Assembly (NCBI GenBank): GCA_963760795.1
Contig: CAVXEP010000029.1
Span: 256,001 to 320,000, forward strand
Reading direction: 5' to 3'
Length of the DNA stretch: 64,000 bases
From: an uncultured delta proteobacterium
GTDB lineage: Bacteria > Desulfobacterota > Binatia > UBA9968
Of this stretch, positions 9,747-20,313 are shown piece by piece. A program made the translations under genes and the position numbers. The notes beneath the pieces were generated by a model. It did no database searches. It saw nothing but the letters and a program-made list of their open reading frames with translations, and had not been told where the DNA came from. The first letter of the stretch is position 1; every line of letters begins with the position of its first letter.

Positions 9747-10868
9747 CTATAACGCCGCGCTCTTTGCGCGCACAAGCTCGGGCTTGTCGACAGCCGGCCG
9801 CTGTTTTGTTTGCTTAAGCGACGGTCTCTGGGATTGCCGCAGATATTGGATTTTCACCGGTTTCCTGCGTTTTGCCGAACGATACAGCGCTTCGATAACG
9901 CGCACGTCCGCGATTCCCTCCTGTCCCGAGGGTTCCGGAGTCCGGTTGTTAAGAATACAGTTGGAGAAATAATCCAACTCGGGGGCAAACTGATCACGCT
10001 TGCGAAAGGTTTGCTTGCGGCTTTTACCCTTGACCGTGACATAAAGATCGATCGGATAAACATATTCGTAAGCTTGATCGAGCCGCACATCACCTTTGGT
10101 GCCGACGATACGATAGCTGGCGACGTCGGCTGCCCCGAAACTTGAAGTAAATTCCGCCAATCGACCGTCTGGAAAGCGCAGCAGCGCCCCGGTCATTTCG
10201 TCGATTTCTTTGAACCGCTCGTCCTTCTTGCTCGTGCTGGTGAAAGCAAAAACCTCCGTGGGTTCTGCGCCGAAGAGATAGCGGGCAGCATTGATGCAAT
10301 AAATGCCAATATCGTAAAGTGTGCCGCCGCCTTTTTCCTTATCGGTGCGAATATTGTCCGGGCGCACCTGCATGGAAAAAGACGAGGTGAAGAAGCGCGG
10401 ATCACCGAGTTTTCCCGAGCGGATAATTTGTACGGCCGTCATATTCGCTGCTTCGAAATGAAGCCGATAGGCGATCATCAGCTTGACCCCGGCGCGTTCC
10501 GCGGCGCGAATCATCGCCCGGCAGTCTTTCTCGGTGACCGCCATCGGCTTTTCGCACAGAACGTGAATGCCTGCCCGTGCCGCTTCAATGCTGTATGGCG
10601 CATGGAGATGATTGGGTAATGCAATATAAACCGCATCGACCATGCCGCTGCGTAAGCAATCGCCATATTCCCGGTAAGAAAAGAGCTGATCGACGTGATA
10701 ACGTCGCCCAAGGACTTTTAGTTTTTGCGGATCATCGGATACCAAAGCCGCCAGTTGAGAATTTGCCCGCGCATGGGCGAACGCCGGGAGCACGGCGACT
10801 TGGGCGATATGTCCCAATCCGACCACCGCGTAGCGGATGATCCGCCGACGATCTTTAGAATTAGTCAT
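9747..10868 (-). CDS. Gfo/Idh/MocA oxidoreductase (glucose-fructose oxidoreductase-like)
   Basis: YAVVGLGHIA, HVLCEKPM, GGGTLYDIGIYCIN. Confidence 0.9.
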   Translation of the reverse strand: MTNSKDRRRIIRYAVVGLGHIAQVAVLPAFAHARANSQLAALVSDDPQKLKVLGRRYHVDQLFSYREYGDCLRSGMVDAVYIALPNHLHAPYSIEAARAGIHVLCEKPMAVTEKDCRAMIRAAERAGVKLMIAYRLHFEAANMTAVQIIRSGKLGDPRFFTSSFSMQVRPDNIRTDKEKGGGTLYDIGIYCINAARYLFGAEPTEVFAFTSTSKKDERFKEIDEMTGALLRFPDGRLAEFTSSFGAADVASYRIVGTKGDVRLDQAYEYVYPIDLYVTVKGKSRKQTFRKRDQFAPELDYFSNCILNNRTPEPSGQEGIADVRVIEALYRSAKRRKPVKIQYLRQSQRPSLKQTKQRPAVDKPELVRAKSAAL

Positions 10869-10893
10869 ATTGGTATTTTCGCATCTGACCGCT

Positions 10894-11058
10894 TTAACCA
10901 ACGTCCAGCTGGCGAAGCTGCGCCGCCGCGTCTTCGATTGTCCGCTGATTAGCCGCGATCAACAAATCGATGTCTTCATCCGCGCCGCATGGGTCGAGCT
11001 CAAAACCGATACCGGTCGATGCAGCAGTGACAATTGCTAATGGCAAACAATCCGTCAT
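10894..11058 (-). pseudogene. Truncated, frameshifted N-terminus of a short-chain dehydrogenase
   Basis: AGGAG RBS and ATGA overlap with the upstream ORF; reads PLAIVTAASTGIGF / ELD..DLLIAA...IEDAAAQLR, a degenerate TGxxxGxG Rossmann start, then stops. Confidence 0.45.
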
Positions 11059-11618
11059 CTGGTTCCTCTCCTTGAGTTTCTTTGCGGCAATGCCGCTGAA
11101 TTGGCTGGGCTCTCAGGATCAAAGTCTGATTGCTGGAGCCGGTTAGGCTCTGCGGCAGATTGAGTCAGGTAAGTCGCTAGCGAGGCGAGGGAAAAATTCA
11201 GGTCGCCCAAAGCGCTTATTGACGTTCCAATATGACTTTTAAGGATTCGGTAAACCAGCCGGCAAAAAGCAGGATTGTCAAATACCAGAACTCCGACATA
11301 ACGTTCCGCTTCATGCTCGATGACCAGATAACATTGCGTCGAAACACGACTATCCCCATTCACTTGCCTTAAAATTCCGACTTCACCGGATGTGCTTTTA
11401 TCGCGTCCCGTTCCCGCCTGCGTCCACATCGGAGGCCAGTTCGCCGCTCCACGATACTGCATCTGCGGATGATCTCGCAGCGCCAGATAGTCAGAGGCGC
11501 GCTTCGACTCAACGGCACGGGTCCGCGTCCGATTGGGGCGCGTCTCTAAGTTAAAACGCTCTGGATTATTATTTGCTTTTGGCACAGACTTCTTTCTGGG
11601 TCTGTTCCGCCAGGGCAA
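11055..11618 (-). CDS. Hypothetical protein (core LRDHP..Y.G..NWPP.W ... GEVGIL); start uncertain
   Basis: Protein-like composition; preceded by a sigma54-like promoter and paired palindromes. Confidence 0.6.
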   Translation of the reverse strand: MPWRNRPRKKSVPKANNNPERFNLETRPNRTRTRAVESKRASDYLALRDHPQMQYRGAANWPPMWTQAGTGRDKSTSGEVGILRQVNGDSRVSTQCYLVIEHEAERYVGVLVFDNPAFCRLVYRILKSHIGTSISALGDLNFSLASLATYLTQSAAEPNRLQQSDFDPESPANSAALPQRNSRRGTR

Positions 11619-11696
11619 GATACTTCTTCAATACGAACGGAATAAAAATTTTGGCCTTGCCCACTTAGCTTTATTACCTGGCTAAAGGACTCGCGA

Positions 11697-11811
11697 CTCA
11701 AAAACTGTGCCAGTTTAGCGGACCATAAGTGTTTAAGAATACCGGCGAAACTCCGCTGAACAGTCCCAACGGTGATACATAGATTACTGTAACGGTACCG
11801 GAGTCGGGACT
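11697..11811 (-). promoter_or_regulatory. sigma54-like promoter (variant -12) with tandem palindromic sites
   Basis: CTGGCACAGTTTTTGAG (11697-11713, minus); AGTCCC-N6-GATACA at 11762 and GGTACC-N6-GGGACT at 11794, 32 bp apart. Confidence 0.55.
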
Positions 11812-11904
11812 GCTTTATTGCGATTCCAATTGGACGGCTATCTATGTCTGGCCGGGATTGACGACACCTGCGTGAGCCTGTGGTGGCGCAGAAGCTTTAA
11901 TTCA

Positions 11905-13887
11905 TCAGCGCGGCTCTTTGCCATCGATGATGAGGTGCAGCCGCTCGTGATCGATCGGCTTGACGAAATGATGGTTGAAACCGGCGGCGCGCGAGCGCTC
12001 GCGATCTTCGTCGCGGCCCCAGCCGGTCTGGGCAATCAATATCGTATTATTAAAGCGTGGCTGGGCGCGAATTTGCCGCGCCAGATCGTGGCCGCTCATG
12101 CCGTGCGGCAGGCCAAGATCGATGAGCGCAAAATCAGGAATGAAGTCCTTTAGTATCGCCAGCGCGCTCGGGCCGTCAAGAGCAACTTTGACTTCGTGGC
12201 CGCTATACTCCAGCAGCAAGCCCAGCGACTTGGTCTGCACGCGGTTGTCGTCCACCACGAGAATACGTTTTCCACCGGCGGCGATACTCACGGTGCTCTC
12301 ATTGCCACGATCTTCGACGACTTCTTCGTCGACCGCGGCGGCGATCGGTAAGCGCACGATGAAATCACTGCCTTTGCCGACACCTTCACTGCGCGCTTCG
12401 ACGCTCCCTCCATGCAGCTCCACCAGACCGCGCACCAGAGCGAGACCGATGCCGAGCCCGTCTTGCGAGCGGTGCGAAACCGCACCGACCTGAGAGAACA
12501 GCTCGAATATCCGCGGCAGATGCTCGGCGGCGATGCCAATACCGGTGTCCTTCACAGAGAGGATCAAAATCTTCTCTGTTTCGACCGCGGCTTTGATCTC
12601 AATGCTGCCGTTGTTCTCGCTGTACTTGCACGCGTTGTTGATCAGGTTCGAAACCACTTGCGCGAGCCGCATGGGGTCGCCCTCGATATGGATAGGGCTG
12701 AGCGGCAACGACAGTGAAACTCGGTGGCCCGCGGCGTCCACATGCGGCTGTGAGTTTTGCAGTGCTTGATCGACAATCGATTTGACGGTGACCCGTTGCT
12801 TGCGCAGTTGGACCTTGCCGCTGCTGATGCGGCTGATATCCAAAAGGTCGTCAACCAAGCGCACCATTTGGTTCAGCTGACTCTCGGTGATCCTACGCGC
12901 GATCTGGAAATCCTCGGCCGTCAGATTGGGTCGCTTCAAAATCTCGACGGCGTTACGGATCGGCGCCAGGGGATTTCTCAGTTCGTGCGCCAAGGTCGCG
13001 AGAAACTCGTTCTTGCGCTGATCGGCTTGTTTCAATTGCTCGGCGTAGTCGCGCAGCGCGTTGCGCGCCTGTACCTCGGCGGAAATATCGCGGAAGTAGC
13101 ACACCACGCCATAGCGGCCGTCCGCCAGAGTAATGCGACTGAGCCGCCATTCGTAATACTCGGTCGTACCGCGGTCGTTGCGGAGTTCGCCGCGCTCGGG
13201 AGCGATATAGGGATCGCCGGTGTCGAGCGTGTGACGGAAGAGGGCGACAATTTCGTCGGCAAAGCGCTTGTGCCAAACTCTATGGATAACTTCGTCGAAG
13301 TCGCGGCCGATCAAATCGGAAATATCGCCGAAGACCGGCCGCGCCAGCGGATTTACTTCTCTGATGCGAAAGTCAGAGTCGACCAAGTACACGCCAAGAG
13401 GCGATTGATTGAGCAAGGTCTCGAACTGCGCATGCCGATGGCGCAGCGCGACCTCCGCCTGCCTGCGCTCGGTAATATCGCGCGCGATCTTCGAGGCGCC
13501 GACAATGCGGCCGTCGCCGGATGTGATGGGTGAGATGGTTAGCGATATATGCACCCGTGATCCGTCTTTTCGCATCCGGATGGTTTCAAAGTGATCGACG
13601 CGCTCGCCGCGCTTGAGCTGGTCGAGAATCCTCGGCTCTTCGTCGAGACGATCCGGCGGGATAAGCAGCGTGACCGGACGCCCGACTATTTCGTCGGCTG
13701 TGTAGCCGAACAGCCGCTCGGCGCTCTTGTTCCAACTGGTAATGACGCCATTAAGATCCTTGCTGATGATGGCATCGTCGGAGGAATCAACAATCGCTTT
13801 CAGCAACGCGGCTGACCGCCAGGCATCCGGCCCGACCGCTGCCTGAAGATCAGGCTTACTTTCCGAAAGCGGGTCGAAAGAAGACAC
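11905..13887 (-). CDS. PAS-PAS hybrid histidine kinase/receiver
   Basis: SSDDAIISKDL..WNKSAE PAS; LAHELRNPL; N/G1/F/G2 boxes; receiver LVVDD..LIDLGLP..KP. Confidence 0.92.
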   Translation of the reverse strand: MSSFDPLSESKPDLQAAVGPDAWRSAALLKAIVDSSDDAIISKDLNGVITSWNKSAERLFGYTADEIVGRPVTLLIPPDRLDEEPRILDQLKRGERVDHFETIRMRKDGSRVHISLTISPITSGDGRIVGASKIARDITERRQAEVALRHRHAQFETLLNQSPLGVYLVDSDFRIREVNPLARPVFGDISDLIGRDFDEVIHRVWHKRFADEIVALFRHTLDTGDPYIAPERGELRNDRGTTEYYEWRLSRITLADGRYGVVCYFRDISAEVQARNALRDYAEQLKQADQRKNEFLATLAHELRNPLAPIRNAVEILKRPNLTAEDFQIARRITESQLNQMVRLVDDLLDISRISSGKVQLRKQRVTVKSIVDQALQNSQPHVDAAGHRVSLSLPLSPIHIEGDPMRLAQVVSNLINNACKYSENNGSIEIKAAVETEKILILSVKDTGIGIAAEHLPRIFELFSQVGAVSHRSQDGLGIGLALVRGLVELHGGSVEARSEGVGKGSDFIVRLPIAAAVDEEVVEDRGNESTVSIAAGGKRILVVDDNRVQTKSLGLLLEYSGHEVKVALDGPSALAILKDFIPDFALIDLGLPHGMSGHDLARQIRAQPRFNNTILIAQTGWGRDEDRERSRAAGFNHHFVKPIDHERLHLIIDGKEPR

Positions 13888-14141
13888 GTGGTACCCTCCG
13901 ATGAATTCGCGCCCCAGCCGTGGCCGCAGCCGGCGGTCGCAGAGAACTTTGGCAATCTATGCCATCCGCATTAATACAGCTAACGCCGTTTTGCACAAGC
14001 TGTGGGTGACTAGCGGTTAGTGACTTGCACAACGGAATAGAAAAAAAAACGCTACGCGATATGCGCCTGAGTTGCCGGTCGGTTTTAGCGTGGTTTAGAA
14101 ATGGCATAGGTCGCTTGATGAATTAGCCGGATGTTCGATAT

Positions 14142-17100
14142 TCACCTGCGCGGCTCTTTGCCGTCGAGAATGCGGTGCAGTCGCTCGTGATCGATCGGCT
14201 TGACTAAATGATAGTCGAAACCGGCGGCGCGCGAGCGCTCACGGTCTTCGTCGCGGCCCCAGCCGGTTTGGGCGATCAAAACAGTCTTTGGCAAAGCGCG
14301 GCTGCTCGCGTATCTGACGGGCGACATCGTAGCCGCTCATGCCGTGCGGCAAACCGATATCGATGAGCGCGTAGTCAGGCACGAAGTCCGCCAGTACCGC
14401 CAGCGCCTCTGGCCCATCGTTGGCGGTTTTGACTTCATGGCCGTCGAGCTCCAGCAGCATGGACAGCGACGTGGCCTGCATCTTGTTATCGTCGACGATG
14501 AGAAGTTTTTTGTGCTGCTGCGCCGGCCGGGGTTCAGCCTCCGGCTTGCGCTTCCGCTGGCAGCGGAGCTTGCGTCATCAGCGGCAGCCGGACGATGAAT
14601 ACGCTGCCGCGATTAATTCCCTCGCTATGCGCCTGGACGCTGCCGCCGTGCAGATCGACCAGATTTTTGACCAGAGTTAGGCCGATGCCGAGGCCGCCGC
14701 CCTCGGTGGTGCGCTCTCCCTGGCTGAACATTTCAAATGCGCGGCGCAATAGTTCGTTAGACATGCCGACGCCGTCGTCGCTCACGCTGACGACGACCTG
14801 GCCCTGCTCCCTTTCCGCGGCGATGCGGATGGCGCCGCCTTCGCGGGTAAATTTGGCGGCATTGATCAGCAGGTTGGAAAACACTTGCTCGAGCCGGGCG
14901 CGGTCGGCCTCCACCCAGAGTGGGTCATCGGGCAAGTCTACTTGCAGGCGATGATGCTTTTCATCGAGATAGGGTTGGCTGGTTTCGATCGCTTCACCGA
15001 TGATTTGGGCGAGCTCAAGCGGCTGCTTGCGCAAGGCGAGACGGTTGCGCGTCAGCCGGCTGACGTCAAGGAGATCTTCCAACATGCGCGCCATTTGTTG
15101 CACCTCGCGGCCGATGATATTCAAGCTCGTCTGGAATTTGGGCTCGGCGTTGCTGAAGCTACGCAGGATTTCCACCGCATTGCTGATCGGCGCCAGCGGA
15201 TTGCGCATTTCGTGGGCGAGCAACGCGACAAACTCGTTTTTCTGACGGTCGGCTTCTTTGAGCTCTGCGACGCGATCCTCTAACGCGGCTGCGGTTTGCT
15301 TCTGAGTGCTGATATCGAAGCAGACTCCGCTAAGGTATGCCGGCGCGCCCGCGCCATCGGTGACAACTTTGGCCGTCGTCAAAAGCCAGCAGATCGCGCC
15401 GTCGGCGCGCAAGAAACGCAACTCCTCGGAAAAAACGCCGGTTTCCAACGCCTGGCGCCGGGCGGCGCGCAGCTTTTCCCGATCGTCCGGATGAATCCGG
15501 CTGAAGAATCCCTCGCCGTTGCTGCCCGGTTCCGCCGGCAGACCAAGCAGCGCATGGATTCTTTCGTCCCAATGCAAGCGATCGGTCTTGAGATCGCAAT
15601 ACCAGGTGCCGAGGGAGCCGCCTTCGAGCGCCAGACGCAAGCGTTCTTCTTTTTCACGCAGCGCCTGCTCGGCATTTTTCATATCGGTGATATCGATGGC
15701 GGAGCCGACGTAGCCCAAAAAGTCGCCGGCGTCGGAGAGGCGCGGCACGCCGAGGGAATTCATCCAGCGGTATTCACCGTCATGGCGGCGCAAACGAAAG
15801 TTGGCTTCGAACGGAACGCGCTGGTTCATCGCGCGTGCGTAATTGTCGACAAGCGCATCATGATCTTCGGGATGGATGTAACGCGACCAGACTTCGCCCT
15901 GCAACTCGGCTGCGCTGCCGGCGCCGACAAATTGTCTGAAGGCTTTATTGACGGATTCACCGCCGTCAACGCCCTTGAGCCAGATGATTACCGGCGCGCT
16001 TTCGGCAAGCAGGCGGAAACGCGCTTCGCTTTCGCGGATCGCTTCGGCGCTCTTTTTGATATCGTCGATATCGATCAAAAGCATTACCGCGCCTTCGATC
16101 TTGCCATCGGCGGTGCGGTAGGGATGGATCCGCAGGCGATGCCAGCGCCCGTCGGCATCGCGCACTTCGCGCTCGCGCACCTGCACTTGATTGATGACTT
16201 CACGGATCAAATTATCGAGGTCGGCGATGTCGATGTTGGTCTTTAAATCGCTGAGCGGGCGGCCGATGTCGTTGGCGCGCAGGTTAATCGACCGGCACGC
16301 GGCTTCGGTATAGCGCCGGATGCGCAGGTCGGGACCGACCATGACCATCGGAATGGCCATGCTGGCGAGCAGGTTGGTCAAATCGTTGTTGACCTCGTTG
16401 AGCTCGAGATTGCGAGTGTGCAGCTGCTCGTTGACCGTCGTCAGTTCTTCATTGGTGGACTGCAGCTCCTCCTTGGCGGTTTCGAGCTCCTCGTTGGTGC
16501 TTTGCAATTCTTCGTTGCTGGAGAGAATTTCCTCGTTGGCCGAGCGCAGCTCTTCGTTGGCGGCGTCTTGCTGTTCGAGCAGTGACTGCAAGTATTCTTT
16601 GATCGCGACGAGCTCGCGGCGCAGTTGCACGACCTCGCGTTCTTCTTCAATCAGAGCTGCCTGAGACAGAGGCTGGCGCGCATCGCCATGGGTATCCGCG
16701 GCGCGCCCCGACCCCGGTGTCTCATTGAACAAAACCAGAAAACAGGTTTCGTGGCTGCCCGGCGGCCGCACCGGTACCACCTCGAGATCGATGCTGCGGC
16801 TGTGCGCCATCGACACGCAGGCGCACTCCCTGGCGGCGCACCGATCGATGTTGCTTGCGCACCTCTTCGATGGCGCTGCGCAGTTCCAGGAATAATCCTT
16901 CGCGCGCCATCTTGAGCAAATTGGTGGTGGGCTCGCCGGAAGGCAACTCCAGATATTCCCCGGTGCGGCCGCGAAACTGGAGGATGTCGAGATTGTCATT
17001 GACGAGCACGCCGGGCGGCGCATAGCGCCCGAGCAGAAGCCGGTCGACTTCGCGATGAAAATCCAGCGGCGTCGACGCCGGCGCCAGGCTGCGCTTCTCG

Positions 17101-18662
17101 GTCAAATGGCCGATGTGGCGAAAATCGTCCGGCGCGAAATTAATAATCGGCCGGTTCGCCGTCGGTCTTTTGGCGTAAATTTTGTTCGTTCGGTCGGTGA
17201 CATCGAATAGATCGAGGTGGTCGCCGATCGATTCGGAGCTGCCGAGCACGAGAAAGCCGGGCGAGTTGAGGGCGTAATGAAACGTCGGCAAAACCCGCTT
17301 TTGCAGCGGCGGCGACAGATAGATCAGCACGTTGCGGCAACTCACGATATCGACATGGGAAAAGGGCGGGTCCAAGGTCAGGTTCTGGCGCGCAAAGACG
17401 CACAGATCGCGCAGCGATTTGTCGATTCGGTAGACATGCTCCTCCTTTTGAAAAAAACGTCTCAAGCGCTCGGGACTGACCTCGGCTTCGATACTATCGG
17501 GATAAATGCCGGCGCGCGCTTTGTCGAGGGACGTCGGCTCGCTGATATCGGTGGCGAAGATCTGAATCGGCGGCCGGCTCGGTTTATTATCGAAGTACTC
17601 GAGCAAGCTCATGGCGATGGAATAGGCTTCCTGGCCAGTGGAGCAACCCGGAACCCACACGCGTATGGTCGCTAACGGTGGCTTGCCATTGATGATTTCC
17701 GGGTAAACTCGCTCTTTCAAGGCATCGAACAAAGCCGGATCGCGAAAAAAACTGGTGACGTTAATTAAAAGATCGTGGTAAAGCGCCTTGACCTCTTCCG
17801 GGTCTTTCTCCAGGCGCGGGATATAGTCGCCAAGGCTGTCGTGGGTATGCAGCGCCATGCGCCGCATGATGCGCCGTTTGATCGTCGTGTCGCGATACAA
17901 CGTGAAATCGACGCCGGTGACAGCGCGCACCCGGGTTAAAATTTTTCGGTATTGGCTTTCGCCATCCTCGTCGATAATCGGCGCGGTGGTTGGGCAGATC
18001 AGATAGGGGTGGGTGCGGATCTGCGCCAACCGGCGGGCGATTTCCTGGGGCTCCAGGATCAGATCGGCGCAGCCGCTCTCGGCGGCGCTGTGCGGCATGC
18101 CGCTAAACTTGGCCGAGCGCTCGTCTTGCGCGAAAGTGATGCCGCCCATCGCCTTGATCTCGCAAACCCCTTGGGCGCCGTCGGATCCGGTGCCGGATAG
18201 AACGATGCCCACGGCATATGTCTTTTGGTCTTCCGCCAGGGAGCGAAAGAAAAAATCGATGGGCAGATGGAGCCCGCGTGTCTCGGCGCGCGGCGATACT
18301 TGAAGCTTTCCCTCGACGATCGCCAGATTCACATTGGGCGGAATAATATAGACGTGATTGGGCTCGACTTTTTGCGCGTGTGCCGCTTCGCTGACCGGCA
18401 TTTGCGTAAAGCGAGCCAATAAATCGACGAGCCGGCTTTCATGATGGGGATCGAGATGTTGGATCAAGACGAACGCCATGCCGGTGTCGTCCGGAAGATG
18501 CGTGAGCAGTTGCTGATAGGCTTCGAGACCGCCCGCCGACGCGCCGATGCCGACGATCGGAAACGAGCCGTTGCCGTTATCGGCATCGGTGACCGCGCCT
18601 TTGTCGTGCATTTCCGGCACCGGAAATGACGACTCAGGATCGTTAGGATTACTCGAAGTCAA
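14142..18662 (-). CDS. CheB methylesterase-CheR methyltransferase-coiled coil-PAS x3-histidine kinase-receiver fusion, split by three +1 frameshifts (~16803, ~14540, ~14290)
   Basis: CheB triad GASAGG / QHL / GSDG; Che[26 protein letters not shown]; NEELQS heptads; AHEMRNPL; receiver LIVDD; the fragments join into one continuous protein. Confidence 0.88.
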
Positions 18663-18804
18663 AACCGTGCTCCTTGAGGAAAAAGTCGTGCGTGCATGCT
18701 GTTGCTTGCCGGAGTGTTGTGAAAATTACTTTTCCGAACGCGCGGTGTCATCTGGCGCATGCGTCTTTGGGCCCGCGCTACCGTCCCATAACACTATCTG
18801 AAAA

Positions 18805-18897
18805 AGTCGCGATTGGGAGACATTAATTTTTTATCCCGGCAACGGCTCGCAAGGTGATCGAAAGTTTAGGCCAACTGTTTTTGGCACGAGCGTTGCT
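18805..18897 (+). promoter_or_regulatory. Palindromic site plus canonical sigma54 promoter for the copper-storage gene
   Basis: AGTCGC-N6-GAGACA (18805-18822); TTGGCACGAGCGTTGCT (18881-18897). Confidence 0.75.
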
Positions 18898-18972
18898 CAC
18901 ACTTAAAGATTCAATTATTAGGCCAAAGTTAGAGCGCTGGTAAGAGGAGACCGCGTCGGTAGGGAGGGCCCA

Positions 18973-19329
18973 ATGGTTCATCAGCAGGAGAAGGTCAATC
19001 ACAATATTGAAGATTGCATCGAAAACTGTGTCGACTGCCACCGGGTTTGCTTGGAGACGATCCAGTATTGCCTGCGCATGGGCGGCAAACATGCTGAGGA
19101 AAAGCATATTCGCCTATTAACCGACTGCGCGCAGATTTGTCAAATCAGTGCCGACTTCATGATACGCGGCTCGGAAATGCACCATGAAACCTGCGCTGCC
19201 TGCGCGGAAGTGTGTGGGCGCTGCGCCGATGATTGTACCGCGCTGGGCGCCGACGACGAGCAGATGCAAGAGTGCGCCGAATGGTGCGGGCGCTGTGAGG
19301 AGAGTTGTGCCGAGATGGCGGGAGAGTGA
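18973..19329 (+). CDS. Four-helix-bundle copper-binding protein (Csp3/YhjQ, DUF326)
   Basis: 16 Cys in CxxxC/CxxC spacing; no signal peptide; GGAGG RBS. Confidence 0.88.
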   Translation: MVHQQEKVNHNIEDCIENCVDCHRVCLETIQYCLRMGGKHAEEKHIRLLTDCAQICQISADFMIRGSEMHHETCAACAEVCGRCADDCTALGADDEQMQECAEWCGRCEESCAEMAGE

Positions 19330-19437
19330 ATCGACCATCGGAGATGCTGGACCATGATAATCAAACTTAATTGACGGTCCATATTCGCTTCGGCGTCGCC
19401 ACTTTCGGCGGCAGTCTTCAATTGGCTGGTAATTTTC

Positions 19438-19487
19438 TGTCCGAACTATGGGACAGATCGAGCGCCATGTGTCTCGATTTAAGTACA
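19438..19487. promoter_or_regulatory. Tandem 18-bp palindromic sites
   Basis: TGTCCG-N6-GGGACA at 19438 and TGTCTC-N6-AGTACA at 19470, 32 bp apart; no clean -24/-12 found downstream. Confidence 0.55.
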
Positions 19488-19582
19488 TTCAGGCAAGGTT
19501 CTGCGATCATAAATTTTGCTAATCTGCGAGATGACATCGTTAGATTTTAACTATCACAACACTATTCTAGGAGAACAAATCT

Positions 19583-20224
19583 ATGTTGACAAAGCGCTGG
19601 ATCGCGGGCTGTCTGGTTTTTTTTCTCAGCTATTACGGCTCCGCCGCAATCGCCCAAGAAAGTCAGACGGCTAACGAGGACGCCAAGCGGCCGACCGCGG
19701 CCAAGCAGTTGCGTTCGCCGGACGTGGTCTACGTGCCAACTCCAGTTGAAGTGGTCGATGCCATGCTCAAAGTAGCCAAAGCGGGCAAGGGCGATGTGCT
19801 GTTCGACTTAGGTTCCGGGGACGGGCGTATTCCAATCATGGCGGTGGAAAAATATGGCGTAACCCGCGCTGTCGGCATCGAGATCAATCCGGATCGCATC
19901 GCCGAGGCGGAAGCCAATCGCGCCAAGGCGGGCGTTCGCGACCGCGTGCGATTTCTCAACGAAGATTTATTCGAAGCGAAGATCAGTGATGCCACGGTGG
20001 TGACGTTATATTTGTTAAATACACTCAATCTTAAGTTGTTGCCCAAGCTGCTGAATGATTTAAAGCCGGGCACCCGGGTCGTGTCGCATGCGTTCGATAT
20101 GGGCAGCTGGAAGCCGCAGCAAACACTCACAATCGATGGACGGTCGGTTTATTTCTGGACGATTCCGGCGAAGGGCACCCCGGAACACAGCGCGGCGCTG
20201 GCCGCGGCGGCTGCAAGCCGGTAG
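19583..20224 (+). CDS. Class I SAM-dependent methyltransferase with signal peptide
   Basis: DVVYVPTP, DLGSGDGR, ATVVTLYL, GTRVVSHAFDMG; AGGAG RBS. Confidence 0.88.
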   Translation: MLTKRWIAGCLVFFLSYYGSAAIAQESQTANEDAKRPTAAKQLRSPDVVYVPTPVEVVDAMLKVAKAGKGDVLFDLGSGDGRIPIMAVEKYGVTRAVGIEINPDRIAEAEANRAKAGVRDRVRFLNEDLFEAKISDATVVTLYLLNTLNLKLLPKLLNDLKPGTRVVSHAFDMGSWKPQQTLTIDGRSVYFWTIPAKGTPEHSAALAAAAASR

Positions 20225-20265
20225 GAAAAGAAGGGCCGAAAAACACAAAAAAGATTTGGCGTGAG

Positions 20266-20290
20266 GTAGGGGCGGGTTCAAACCCGCTCT
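20266..20290. repeat. GTAG-type REP-like hairpin
   Basis: GTAGGGGCGGGTTCAAACCCGCTCT. Confidence 0.55.
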
Positions 20291-20313
20291 CCGCGGTTGA
20301 GCTCGAACGCGAA

